From contig NC_045713.1 of the NCBI RefSeq assembly GCF_009834535.1, forward strand, positions 7,564,001 through 7,628,000: DNA of 64,000 nucleotides, in the 5' to 3' direction. Source of the stretch: Camelus ferus. Its lineage: Eukaryota. Under the pieces are notes generated by a model that ran no database searches, was not told the origin of the DNA, and saw nothing but the letters and a program-made list of their open reading frames with translations. Positions 24,051-36,790 of this stretch are shown in pieces. The position numbers were made by a program, and so were the translations under genes. Every line of letters begins with the position of its first letter. Position 1 is the stretch's first letter.

Positions 24051-26045
24051 GATCCCAAATTTAATAGTCTCTCATTTTTGTATCCGTTTACAAAGCTGTG
24101 CGACAGGCAGGGCGACAGTCACTGTTTTACATGTCACGAAGAAGGATGAGGCTCACCGACTCTACTCTGAATCAGAAGGCTTATATCCTTAGATACTCCA
24201 GGAGAGGTTTTGTTTGTTTTTTTTCTGTATGTTGTGAATTTTCACTCAAACCAGGAATGAGGTTTGGGGACTGTCTTGCCAGCGCCGTGGTCTACTTTAT
24301 GGGAATGAAGAAACGCAGAAAATTCTCTACTATTTCCAGACCTATAGCGGGAGACGCTTAAACTGACACTGCGGTATGTTTGGCGCAATGTAGTATTTGT
24401 GTGGTTTCACTTTTTACAGTTAGAATTGTCAAAAGTTCAAACAAACAAACAAACAAACCCAGAAGTAAAACCAATGAATCACTGAATTAGTCATTAATAG
24501 TTTATTGTGCAGGCACCAAAAGGCAGAATGCAAACTGGGAGCACTCAAACCAAACTACGGAATGAGGCTCAGAAGTACATTGTTATAAAGCATCTTACAT
24601 AATGTGGAGGCAGTGACTGGTTATTCTTCACGGTGATTGGTTACAATTTAGAATTTTCTTAAACTAAAGGAAATTGGGTAGTGATTACTTCATATCAAAT
24701 TGGGGGAACAATTTAAGTTTTGCTGATGATTTTTAGAGGCATAAGCAAGAAATTATCCAGGTCAATTTAGCCTGGCTTGTTTTGCAAAATAAGCTAAATT
24801 AAGCTTTGTTTTTATGACTAAATTAGCTTTGTCTTCTCAGGGAATTTTCAAGTCTGATGTATGTTTATGTTTGATTTTAATAGAACATTGCATGGTTTCA
24901 TTTTTAAACGTTGAGTCTTTGGTCCATTAAAATTATCTTGGTGTATGATGCAAAGTATAGATCCAACTTTATCTTTTTCCAAATCATTACCCAGTTCTCC
25001 CAACATTTATGAAAAATTGTATCTTTATTCCTTATTTATTTGTGATGCTGCCTTTATCGTATGTTAAATTTGCCTGTGTTTTGAAGTTTGTTTCTAGATT
25101 TTCTATACTGCTGCATTGGTCTGTTTGTCTACATGTGTGATAATTCTATGTTGTGTTAATGTTATTGAGGATTAATAATTGGTCTTAATATCTGTGCTTT
25201 TGTACAATCTTTGGATCCGGAAGAGACTACCAAGTACTATGAGGGCGGTAGAAGCATTTTTCATCTCCTCCCAGTGAGAGGAGATACAGGTTCTGTCTGC
25301 TTTCCAGCTAATTAACAGTCTGGCTCCACCAATTCCTGTTTCTGGGTTGTATGACCATGGACTCCGATCATCATATAGTTATTTGCTTAGGTCTTATCTC
25401 CCTTTCTCCTGTAATGTAACTTTTGCCTTCATCTGCAGAATATCAAGTGCTTTCATCTTCTCTCACTGCTATCACTGAATGATATATTTCTGTGTCCCCA
25501 AAGCCTTTTCTGGTGCTTTGTTCACAGAAGTTAATTGAAAAATGCTAGCAGCCTCATCTTTTAAAAAAAATTAAGTGATAAAATAAAGTGAGAAAAGAAA
25601 AAATAGGGAAGGGATAAATAAGACGGAGCCAGGGATAAGGGGTTTACAAATTGCCTACTGTATGTAAACTCCTATACGCTGGCAAAAGATAGCCCACAAT
25701 TTGGCTCTGAGAAGCCTCAGCAAGCAATGCAAGAAGGAAACAAGATCAGTTATGATTTGCAGTATATCTTGGGTAGAAGCCAAGTATTCATATTGACTTA
25801 GGAGAAATCAAGCTATTCTTGGTACTCAGAGGGAAGAGAAATTTCCACGACTGCCCAGGAAAAGGACACTATATGTATGACACAGTGGACAATATCTTAA
25901 TAAGATCTCTGTAGTAAATAAGATTAATAGGTTTTAATGACCCTTCAATGTTAGCCGATGGCAGGTATCAAAGCACAACTCAAAAAAGCTGATTCTGTGA
26001 AGGAAGTAGAGTGTAGTTTAAGTATTAGGGTCTCTTGAGGTCTGG

Positions 26046-26145
26046 TTTGTTTGTTTGTTTGTTTTCATGGAGATACTTGGGATTGAACCCAGGACCTCAT
26101 TCATACTAAGCACAGACTTTACCACGGAGCTATACCACAACTCCC
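26046..26145 (-). mobile_element. tRNA-Ala-derived SINE (Vic-1-like)
   Basis: gggattgaacccaggacc...ccacggagctatacc with a (gttt)n tail. Confidence 0.88.
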
Positions 26146-26869
26146 TGCATGATTTGTTTTTCTGAACACTGGCACAGAAAAGGTGGGGCAGTGTCCATGC
26201 TGATACTTTAAAGTGAGGAAGAGGGAGTAAATGACACAACAGGGGAGTTGGTTTTAGAAGAGGACAAATCCTTGGCAACTTGGATAGCAAGTTCAAAGCG
26301 TTGCAAGGGAGCTTGGTGTAGAAAATCATAAAATTGGAGGGAATGATACAATCTACTATGGATTGATTGCCTATAAATTTAACCCATTTTTTAATTAAAA
26401 AAATGTCTTCAGTCCACATGGACTCTTTAAGCTTTAATCTCTTCTCTGAAGTCTCTTACTGTACCCTCCTCATCAGGCATGGTTGATCATTTCCACCTCT
26501 AGTTAGACAAATCAACACTGTATTCACTTCAAAGCATTTACTACACCGTCCTGTAAGAATTTTTCTGTCTCCTTTAGAAGACTGTGAGCAACTTGAGGAC
26601 AGGGACTCTGTCTTCCCAGTTGCGTATTTATAGTGTTAAGCACGGTGCCTGGCATATAGATACGCTACGACACCTTCTTGCATAAATGAATATCCAATGA
26701 ATTACCACTTGTACCGTTGGATCTTTAACTTTCCCTAAGACAAAATTTACAAAACTTTATCCACAGATAATGTGTTAAATAATGACGTTCATTTTTAAAG
26801 GAAGAATATCCTGTAGTTCTGTAACCTTAAGGACTGCAAGCTCCACCCTGCAAGGTACACAGGTAGAGT

Positions 26870-27221
26870 CCCTCGCTAAGTGTGAGGACGGCAAACCACC
26901 GAGATGCACCTCAGTCCTCCGGGGCGCCTAGAGAGGAACCGGAAATGCCCGCAGGGATGTGCGCCACAGGGAGTCGGTCACGCACTTCCGGCATGGGCTG
27001 TTAGTATATTTTGTCACGGGCTGTAGCGACTTCTGGGGGCGGGTAGCTGCGGGTGGGAGTAGTCTGGGCGGGGGCCGGGCCAGGTGGGAGCCTGTTTGGG
27101 GCGGGGCCGTCCTGAGCCACCGCTCTGGGGAGGTCCGATTCGTCCCGTAGCATTTTGTTGGGTTTGCTGTCTTCTCAGCGGAAGGCAGAACTCCGGGGAA
27201 GTCAGCGCGTGCGGGGGGAAG
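26870..27221 (+). promoter_or_regulatory. ZNF394: ZNF394 CpG island promoter and 5' UTR
   Basis: ETS cores ccggaaat and cacttccgg plus three ggggcggg GC boxes upstream of the ATG. Confidence 0.8.
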
Positions 27222-27632
27222 ATGAGTTGGAGCTTGACCGCAAGTCCAGGCAGGGTCGCCGCGCCGCCCCTGCGTGAGGGACCTTGGATAGTGAAAGTGG
27301 AAGAGGACTCACCTGGAGGGCGGGAGGCCGACCTGCCCGGGGACTGTCAGGATCCCGAAACTTCCCGACTGCGTTTTAGGCGGTTCCGTTATCAGGAGGT
27401 GGCCGGACCCGAAGAGGCGCTGAGCCGGCTCAGGGAACTTTGTCGTCAGTGGCTGCGGCCCGAGAAGCACTCGAAAGAGCAGATCCTGGAGCTGCTGGTG
27501 CTGGAGCAGTTCCTGACCATCCTGCCCCGGGAGCTCCAGGCTTGGGCGCGGAAGCGCCGCCCGGAGAGTGGGGAGGAGGCTGCCGCCCTGGTGCGGGCTC
27601 TTCAGCGAGCACTTAACGGGACCTCACCCAAG
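27222..27632 (+). CDS. ZNF394: ZNF394 (ZKSCAN14) exon 1, SCAN domain, 411 bp
   Basis: Reads MSWSLTA...VKVEEDSPG...[38 protein letters not shown]...[12 protein letters not shown]|GTGAGG. Confidence 0.93.
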
Positions 27633-27984
27633 GTGAGGAGTGAAAATGTTCTAGTGGTGGGAGGATGGGGAGTGGAGGTGTGAAGGATGCTGTGGGCTTC
27701 AAAAGTTGTCCTTATTACGTTTTGTGTGGACTTTAGGATGTGCATGAAACATTTTCTTTTCTGTAGGAAACAGTGACCAATAAATCCATCCCGGAAATGG
27801 TCCATGGGTTGTAGACATTTAGGCACAAAACCACCACAGGAGTATTGTTTACCCATTGTAAGACACCCTCTTGTCTAACTAGATAATTTGGGAAGAAAGA
27901 GGTCAGGAAGGAAAGTGTGTTACACTATGCTGTAACAGTTCACCACCGCTTCAAAAGTGAGCATCCGTTTTACTCCCACAATTG

Positions 27985-28560
27985 ATAATGGTACTCCAGA
28001 GAGGAAAGAGAGGCTGGAAATGGAGTTAATACTTAATCATGCCTACGTGATGAAGCCACCATAAAATCCCAATAGTAGGGGTTTCAGAGAGCTCCTGGGT
28101 TGGTCAACACATCCACTTAGCGGGAGTGTGAGGAACCCCAACTCCAGGAGGACAAAAGTTCTTGTACTCGGGACCTCCCAGACCTTACCCTATGCATCTC
28201 TTCCATCTGGCTGTTTCTGACTTATACTTTTATCATAAACTGGTAATCTATTATGTAAACTGTTTTCCTGAGTTCTGGAGCCACTGTAGCAAATTAATCG
28301 AACTGAGAGAGAGGTCACGGGAACTTCAGATCTATAGCCAAGTGGTCAGAAGCAGGTCTATAGGTGACCACGTGGACTTGGTGTCTGAAGTGCGGCGGGG
28401 GTTGGAGGGGGGTCTTGTAAGACTAAGCCTTTAATCTGTGGGATCTGACACCATCTCCAGGTAGGCAGGGTCAGAATTGTTCAACTATAGTCCACCCAGC
28501 TGGTGTCGCAGAATTGCTTGACCTATGAAAGTGCACACCTGTGGTGTCAGAAGTGAAGGA
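27985..28560 (+). mobile_element. MER21-like ERVL LTR
   Basis: aatcatgcctacgtgatgaagcc...gtaaactgttttcctgagttct...gcaaattaatcgaac...gtgggatctgacacc. Related to the copy at 35745-36425. Confidence 0.7.
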
Positions 28561-28629
28561 GTGTTGTAGAGAAGACTTCAGAGTATTGAGACACACAGGA
28601 GTGTGGTCGTCCTTTACAGGGAGAGAAGA

Positions 28630-28980
28630 GGCTCAGGAAAAAACAAATTTTATTATACTCAGGTGCTGGAAACAGGAGGCACCAAATGCCACTCAGAGCC
28701 TCATGGGAAAGATACAAGGGTGGTCAGGACGCAGATGACAGGAGGAAGGGGAAAGGTGAGGCCAGAGGTTATGTCGGGGTTTTGGAAGGAAAGGTAAGGC
28801 AGGGCGGGAGAACAGTTTAGAACTGGCTGGTGTGAATAATTTCAGTGCGCTCTAAATTATAGCAGTGGTCCCTCGTTGCCTGTACCCTGCCTTGGGGTGA
28901 TTGAGGCAGGGGAATGTTACCTCCTGGAGTGTACAGGCCAGACAGAGGAGATGTGGCTCAGGATTAACTAGTTTTGGCTG
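28630..28980 (-). mobile_element. MER68/MER77-like LTR fragment
   Basis: Reverse complement contains ctgcctcaatcacccc, shared with the copy at 58180-58350. Confidence 0.45.
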
Positions 28981-29089
28981 ATCCTTTTGCTCTTAAGAAT
29001 TTGGCAGTCTCCACAGCCAGAAAGATTTGTTGTTGTTTTTAATGATGTCAAAACATAACAGAAAATTTTAAAATACATTGCTCTTAAAT

Positions 29090-29311
29090 TGATGCAGCCA
29101 CTATGGAAAACAGTACAGAGGTTCCTTAAAAAACTAAAAATAGACTTAATCATATGATCTAGCAATCCCACTCCTTGGTATATACCTGGAGAAAACTCTT
29201 AATTCAGAAAGACACATGCACCCCAATGTTCATAGCAGCACTATTTACAAAAGCCAAGACATGGAAACAACCCAAGGGCCCATCAAAAGATGACTGACTT
29301 AAGATGTATAA

Positions 29312-29373
<62 letters not shown>

Positions 29374-29797
29374 GAATATTACTCAGCCAATAAAAATATT
29401 GACATTTGCAGCAACCTCAGTGGACTTACAGAATATACTTAGTGAAGTAAGTCAAAGACAAATATTACATATCACTCACGTGGAATCTGAAAAATAATAC
29501 AAATTAATCTGTATACAAAACAGAAAAAGACTCACAGACATAGAAAAAAAAAATTAATGGTTACCAAAGGGGAAAAGGGAGAGGGGGGAGGGATAAGTTA
29601 GGAGTATAGGATTAACAGATAGAAACACATAAAATTGATAAGCAACAAGGATTTACTGTATAGCATAGGGAATTATATTCAATGTCTTGTAATAGCCTAT
29701 AATGGAAAATAATCTGAAAAAAATGTAACTGAATCACTTTGCTGTACACCTGAAACTAACACAATATTGTAAATTAACTATACTTCAATTTAAAAAA
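29090..29797 (+). mobile_element. 5'-truncated L1 3' end with approximately 10-bp TSD (aaaatacatt)
   Basis: gcagccactatggaaaacagt...gatctagcaatcccactcc...gaatcactttgctgtacacctgaaactaacacaatattgtaaattaactatacttcaatt. Confidence 0.9.
29314..29371. repeat. (AC)29 microsatellite inside the L1
   Basis: Uninterrupted AC array, 58 bp. Confidence 0.97.
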
Positions 29798-30421
29798 ATA
29801 CATTCATCGTCCCTGTCATTGAGAGATCCTTGGAGTCAGTTTGTGACCCGTTGCTGAAACCTGGACAGCCATCTCCCTGCACTATTTTAGAACCTTCCCT
29901 TTGTAAGAACTGTGGCATTACCTTCTAGGGATGATCAACATACATTTAAATAAACCATCTCAAAAGGTCATCTCGTTGGCTAACTATCTTATTGTGCAGT
30001 GTGGTCAGTGGGAGGGAAAGCACCTGCTGTTACCTTCATCTTTAGATAGATCTTTGGATCCATCTCTTACATGAGAAAACTGTCTGAAAGCCAGTATTGA
30101 AACTCGGGACTTGGGTTACCTGTATATTTTTAATCCATATCTGGTTTCCATTTTGATAAATCACAGTGATATAACTCAAATGAACAGTTCACTCTTACCC
30201 CAGATTAGCATAGACAGCCCACAGAAAGGCTTCTCAGGACTACCGGGGAATGCCAGCAACTGCCCCATCAGTACCAGGCTCGCCGGTAAAGACTCAACAG
30301 CCATGGTGGGGACTCGATTTCTCAGTGCTGCAGACTCCTCTCTGGAGTCCGGCCTCATCCTGACACTAGTAATGCCATCTGGGGACAGCAAGTGCTAAAG
30401 GGGGATTTCATGTTGTTTCAG

Positions 30422-30548
30422 GGGTTGGTGACAGCCCGGGATGTGGCTGCATCTCTCACCTGGGAGGAGTGGCAGCATCTGGGCCCAGCACTGAGGGACG
30501 CCTACAGGGAGGGCACGCTGCAGGATTGTGGGAACACAGCCTCGCCAG
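30422..30548 (+). CDS. ZNF394: ZNF394 exon 2, KRAB-A-like, 127 bp
   Basis: tgtttcag|GGG ... CCA G|GTAAGC. Reads GLVTARDVAASLTWEEWQHLGPALRDAYREGTLQDCGNTASP. Confidence 0.92.
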
Positions 30549-31554
30549 GTAAGCGCCTGCCTTTGCTTGTTTCCAGCTGGCTGAGACTTGTGAGGGGCTG
30601 GCTTCAGTAAATCTGCGAGTAATCTTCAGTAAATGCCACTCAGACACAGGTTGAGAGCCTTCGGGTCCCTTTTGTGACCCCAGCGAGACTTTTCTGTTCT
30701 GTATTGTTAGGTGATAGATTCAGCTTTTTATTTTGGTTCATTTTGAATAAAATACATACAGAAAGTATTAAAAAAAAGTACAGTGAGCACCTGTGTATTT
30801 ACCACCCAGGTTTATCAAATTTTAATATTAGCCATATTGGCTTCATTTTTTTTTCAATGAAAGACTATATTACAGCCAAAACTGTAAGTAAAGCTCTGTG
30901 TACCCTCCCTAAAAGCTGTCCCCTCGCTCCTTCTCCAGATGTAACTAATATCCTGATTTATCATTTCCATGTTTGTTTTATATTCTCTCTACAAATGCAC
31001 TCTCTCTATATAAATGTATGTAAGCATGTAAACATATATAGTATTTTTACATGTTTTATGGGATATAAATTATGTTACCATATATAATATATATAATGTA
31101 TGTAAACATATATAGCATTTTTACATGTTTTTATGGGATATAAATTATATTGCTGTATAGTCCTTTCCACCTTGCCTTTTTTCTTACATTTTTGGGATTT
31201 AGCCCTGTTGATGCGAGTAGCTATAGTTTATTTGTTTGAACACCTGTATGTTTCATTGTGTGAATGTTCCAATATACATTATCCATCCTCCTGCCAGTGG
31301 ACTTGCAGGCTTCTAGTGTTTCACCACTGCACGCAGTATTACACCAGACGCTCTCGTATCTTTCTCCTGGTGTTCCTCTGTAGGGGTCTCTGAGGAGAGT
31401 GTACTTAGGGATGTTTGCCCGCCTTGCTGTCCAGAATGATTGGCACCAGTGTGCCCTCCTACCAGCAGTGCATGAGAATTCTTTCCCCACATTCTTGTCC
31501 ACATTTGGTGTTCAGCTGATGGCATGATGTCCTAACACAGTCGCCCAAGTATTC

Positions 31555-31697
31555 CTTTTTTCTTTTTTGGGGGGTGGGAGTGGGGAGGACGGGCGAGGTA
31601 ATTAGGTTTATTTATAAGGAAGTACTGGGGATTGAACCCAGGACCTTATACACACGAAGCTAAGCATGCACTCCACCACTGAGCTGTATCCTCCGCC
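31555..31697 (-). mobile_element. tRNA-Ala-derived SINE (Vic-1-like) with near-perfect TSD
   Basis: Flanked by ccaagtattccttttt and ccaaggattccttttt. Confidence 0.88.
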
Positions 31698-32750
31698 ACC
31701 AAGGATTCCTTTTTAAATGCTGGGCTGCGCCCCGCCTCTGCCCAGAACGTGCGGTACTCCTCATTTCACGCGGAGTAAAAGCCTGTGATGCCCAACGTGG
31801 CACGGCCCTCGTACCTCCCACCTCCCCTCACTCACTCAGCTCCAGCCTCACTGACCTTGCTGCTCCTTGGACGTGGCGGGCATCCTGCCTCACGGTCTTT
31901 GCTCTGATCACTCCATATGCCTGGAACACTCTCCAACCAGGTCTCCACCAAGCAAACGCCCTGACTGGCTTCACCATAGAGAGATTCATTCCACAGATAC
32001 CCTATAGTGTCTGCAGATAAGCCAGGTGCTGTTCTAGATGGGGATACGGTAGGGAGTAAAGCCTGTGAAATCCCTGCCCCAGCCTGGAGGAGGTAAACTT
32101 TGGAGCCGACAGTTTGAGCCTGAACAGAGGACAGTGCCCTGAGGGTCTGTCAGTTAGTGTCAGCTTTCACTTGATTCTCCAGATGGGAGAGTGGTGCCTG
32201 TCCCCTACTCTCAGGTGTGCCTGATGGCTCTAGTCCAGCGCTGATCTGGTTCAGCCTTCCGAGAGAGTGAACTGCAAGAATTCTAGACTGAGGGATGGGA
32301 TCCCCTACCGACTTCCATCAGTCCTAGATTTATTGCCTACCCAGATCCTGCCTTCACACAGGAGGCACTTGGTATGCCTGTTACTGTCACTCATCACATG
32401 AATAGAATTTCTCCTGTTAAACCATCCTTCATGCATGGGATAAAGGCTGTACCATCTCTCTCCACCCCCCTTTCCTGATTTGCCTTCTGTGACATACTGA
32501 CTCTAGGACAGCGGCGTGGGGGTGGGGAGAGGCGGGTCGGAGGGAGTAAGCACAAGCTTCAAAGGGAAGGTGCGGGGTTTGTGCAGGAAGCGTGAGCACA
32601 CCTGACAGGTTAATTAAAATACTTTCACTTCAAGAGTGGTTTTGTGGAGAATATTAAAAGGGTTTGGGGCGGGTGGTTTCTCTGCTGCCTCTTTCTTATT
32701 CACTCTCCCCCAGGGACGGCCTGTCAGCAGTCTGTGTTTTAATGTTTCAG

Positions 32751-33809
32751 GTTCGGAAACCGGAACCGAGAACAGAGAGTTGATTCCAAAGCAAGAAACT
32801 CTAGACGAAGTGGAGCCCCAGGGGCAGCTACCAGGGTCCCAGGAGCACCTGTCTTGCGAGTGGGGTGAGGCGCATGAGGACAGGGCAGAAGAGCACTCAG
32901 GGAAGCCCTCATCGCTGAAACTTGAACATTCTCCTGAAGAGCCGGGAGTCCCCTGGCATCTCAGATCTCCAGAACGGCCCCAGAGAAGAGAAAGACTCCA
33001 AAATCAGTGAATTGGGGAAGAGCATCAGAAGTTCAGACTCTGTTCTTTGTCAGCACGTGCAGACCGCAGAGAGTCCCCTGCTGAGTGACGGCCGTGGGGA
33101 CAGCTGCAAACACAGCTTAGCTGTGGTAAAACCCCACAAAAATATTGACCAGGAGGGAAATTGCCAGGGTCCGGGCCTTTTGGAGACCCCAAGACGGTTC
33201 CCAGAAGAAAGACCTTACAAATGCGATAAATGTGTGAAGGGTTTTAAACAGCGTTCTGACCTCTTGAAGCACCAGAGAACCCACACCGGGGAGAAGCCCT
33301 ATAAATGCCAAGAATGTGGAAAGCGCTTCAGCCAGAGCGCCACCCTCATCAAGCACCAGAGGACGCACACGGGCGAGAAGCCATACACGTGTCCCAGGTG
33401 CGGGGACCGCTTCAGGCAGAGCTCACATCTCAGTCGGCATCAAAGGATCCATCTGGGGGAGAAAAGCTACAGATGCGCTGAGTGCGGGGGCACCTGCCGG
33501 ATGGCCCACCGTGCCAGGCACCAGCGAGCACACGCCGGGGAGAGGCCCTACACGTGTGAGGAGTGTCACAAGGGCTTCAAACGGTGCTCCGACCTCGCCA
33601 AGCACCAGAGGATCCACACCGGGGAGAAGCCCTACGGGTGTTCCACCTGCGGGAAGCGCTTCAGCCAGAGCGCCACCCTCATCAAACACCAGAGAACTCA
33701 CACTGGCGAGAAGCCCTACAGGTGTCTTGAATGTGGGGAGAGCTTTAGACAGAGTTCCCACCTCATCCGACACCAAAGAATCCATAGAAATAAAGTCCTG
33801 TCATTTTGA
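32751..33809 (+). CDS. ZNF394: ZNF394 exon 3 (spacer plus 7 C2H2 fingers) with an apparent +1 frameshift at 32950-32953
   Basis: aatgtttcag|GT TCG. The spliced frame (ENRELIPKQ...[11 protein letters not shown]) stops at 33008-33010. The finger frame (ISDLQNG...[14 protein letters not shown]...HRNKVLSF*) lies one base over. Confidence 0.92.
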
Positions 33810-35744
33810 CATGCTTCTGCCTGAGCTGTTTTGTTTCTCTCTCTCTCCCTCTCTCTCTCTTTGTTTCCAGAAACCACATTCTTTGGCTTTGGAGTATTTC
33901 AGTCACTGTGGATGGAATTGCCTTGGGCAACACACCCAAAACAGAGTCCGACTGCAGCCTTGGGACGTACTTGGATAACCTATCGCCAGGACGGAGAGAG
34001 ATGCTCAAGTCGGGAGCCGCATCAAGGAGACGCTGACATGAGCGAGGGCTGACCCGTGACAGTCTGTCCTCGTCTCTTCACGCTTCCTACCTCTGCTTTT
34101 GGACCAAACCTTGCCCACTCCAGTTACTTCCCAGAGAATGGATTTCCGTCACTTAGAACTGTCTTGCTACTTAGATGGTCAATATTTTATAACCCAAAAC
34201 ACCCTGTAAAGTTCAGTGCCTACAAGAAGCACTCTATATTTTTGACTTTGTGAAAAACTAATTTTGCAGAGTCCCTGTTGCTTTCTCATTCTTTGCTTGT
34301 TTGGTTAGCCACAGCTACAAATTTGGATTAGAGCCTAAATCTCTCTTACTATCTCTCTAGTGCTGTACACAAATAACATAGTATTGCATCCAAATTCTTT
34401 TTGAACTTTTTTTATATTAAGGGAATATAAGTACATTATTTGATATTTAGGGACACAATGGGAGAAAATCACCCATAATCCCAACGCCGTGATCCGCTTG
34501 TTACAAGCATTGGGATGTATTTCCGTCTGATTTTTTTGTGCATTTTTTATATAACAAAAACCACAGGGTTTATATTTTGTATCTTTAGTATTATGTCTTA
34601 AAATTTTTACATGGTTTTCATAACCTTTTGCCTAATAGCTGCTCATTGTCCATCAAGTGGATGTAACAGTTCCTTTTCTTGGGCATTCCAGGCATGTCTC
34701 AGTTTTTATTGTTGCAAACAATGCTAAAGTGAATATCAATATAATTTTAGGATAATTTGGATTGCTCTTTAGAATCTAAGGCTACATTCCCAGAGGTAGA
34801 ATTCCTTGATCAGTGTGTGAGCTGTCCTGTGGCTTCCACTCCACCCTCCCAATTTCTCTCCCCAAAAGCAAGTGCTAAATTACATTCTACTGTGAGTGTG
34901 CCCAGGAAGAAGGAAAACAAATTTTTGATAAACTGGTAGCAATCTGCAACAAGACTCAAAAAGCATGAGCCTTATTAAAGATTGATAAATTCAACTACAT
35001 TGCATTAGGAAAAGACAACATAGGAATTAGAGTCCATGAAGATGAAAAGATGCTCAATGACGTAAGTAATAAGAGAAATGCAATTTAAGCCAATTAGATA
35101 CTATTTCACACCCTTCAGATTATCAGGTCTTTCTACATCTACACCTTTATCTCTCTCGTTCCTTCAGGAAATGTTTATTGAGCACCGAGAAGTTGCCGGT
35201 CTCCAGGCTACATGCCAGCAACAGAAACGCACAGAGGTTGCAGCTCCCACCGGGGCTACAGGATACAGCTACTCAGGCTGTGCACTGCTCAACTCCAGGG
35301 GATGCCCTCACATCAAAGCTGTGTGGACGGGGCTCCTAGAGCTGCTAAGTGCACAACCTGTACAACCCTCAGAGCCCCGGCCCTGCTTCAGGGAGTGAAG
35401 AGTCCAGTGAGGAAGCAGAAGTTGCATAGTATCGATCCAGGGGTCCACACTGCGAGGGGGCACAAGGGGCTGTGAGGACACCGGGCTCACCCCATCCCCT
35501 CCTCTCAGAAGGTACTGCCAGTCCTGCCCCAGAAAATAGCCCCTTACCTCCTCCCGCATTCCCACCTCCCCAGACAGTCCTGCGCGTGTCCTCGCCCTCT
35601 TCTCTCCTCCCCCAGAGGAAGGGGCTGCCCTTCTAGTGACCCTTCCTCTGCCTCCACTCCATCCTCTCTTTCTCCTGTCTCCTCCAGGGCCTAGATCCAG
35701 TGACCATGACACTTCCCTTTTCTCTCTCCATCCCTCCTCCCCTT

Positions 35745-36425
35745 GTGACACAGGGATTTATATAAGAAACAGATATTTGATCCTCCTGCCTGTTTCTGGC
35801 ACAGAGTTCCTAAAACCCTTGAAATTTCCTGTAACAGCAAAGGAGCGTCTTTTAATATCTAGGCTTTGTCCTTGGTTTCTGAAATAGCTCCCGAGCAGCA
35901 CAGGTCAGAGGAATGTCTTGTTACTCCTGACAGGTCCCTTCAACGACACCTGAGTTTATGCTAACGTGGCAACCGTGGAAAACACCCAGGCTGGGCTGGA
36001 GGCCTGGGTAACAGAGCACGTGATGAGAGGGGGGCGCTTTCACCCCACCCCCTGAGGGGAGGGGAGGGGCTGGGGTCGAACCAGTCATGTCAAAGGCTGA
36101 TGACTGGACCCGTCCCGCCCACGTAGGGCCCCCATGAGAACCCAGAAATGGCTGCTGCATCGTGAGGGTGCTGGGAGGTGTGGAGCCGGGAGGGGCACGA
36201 GGCTCTGCTCCCCCCGCCCCGCCTCCCGCCCTGTGCATCCCTTCCACATGGCTGTTCCTGAGTTACATCCTTTTACAACAAACCAGCAAGTAAACTGTTT
36301 CCTGAGTTCTGTGAGCCACTCTGGCAAATTGATGGACCCAGGGAGTGGGTCGTGTGGGCCCTAATTTCTAGCCAGTGGATCAGAAGCACAGGTGACAACC
36401 TGGACTGGTGATTGGTGTCTGACGC
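35745..36425 (+). mobile_element. MER21C-like ERVL LTR
   Basis: ctggcacagagttcctaaaacccttg...cacctgagtttatgctaa...tttcctgagttctgtgagcc...cagaagcacaggtgacaacctggac. Confidence 0.72.
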
Positions 36426-36434
36426 CCGGGTGGG

Positions 36435-36790
36435 AGGGTGTTCTGACAAATGCTACAGCATGGATGAACCTTGAGGACATGAGGCTAAATGCTCAGGCCA
36501 GACACAAAAGGACAAACACTGTATGGTTCCACCTATATAAGATACCTAGGCTAGTCAAATTCATAGACACCAAGTGGAAGGCTGGTTGCCAGGCGCTGAG
36601 TGGGCGGGGAAACAGAGTTAACTGTTTTTATTACTGTTCAGTGGGTGCAGAGTTTCAGTTTGTGAAGATGAAGAAAGTTCTGGAGATGGGCCGTGGTGGT
36701 GGTTGCACAACAGTGTGAATGTACTTAGTGCCACTGAACTGTACACTTAACAAAGGTAAATTTTATGGTATGTGTATTTTACCAGTAAAA
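36435..36790 (+). mobile_element. L1MB-type 3' UTR fragment
   Basis: atgctacagcatggatgaaccttga...gttctggagatgg...tgccactgaactgtacactt. Confidence 0.8.

Noticed and set aside
27084-27221. N-terminal extension of the ZNF394 ORF
   Set aside because: Starts at GTG within the promoter GC boxes. The ATG at 27222 matches the recalled orthologue start.
33316-33978. 220-aa alternative-frame ORF in ZNF394
   Set aside because: Off-frame read of a GC-rich C2H2 array. It is not the frame reached by the frameshift.
36057-36075. G-quadruplex motif GGGGAGGGGAGGGGCTGGGG
   Set aside because: Inside an intergenic MER21 LTR with no evidence of function.
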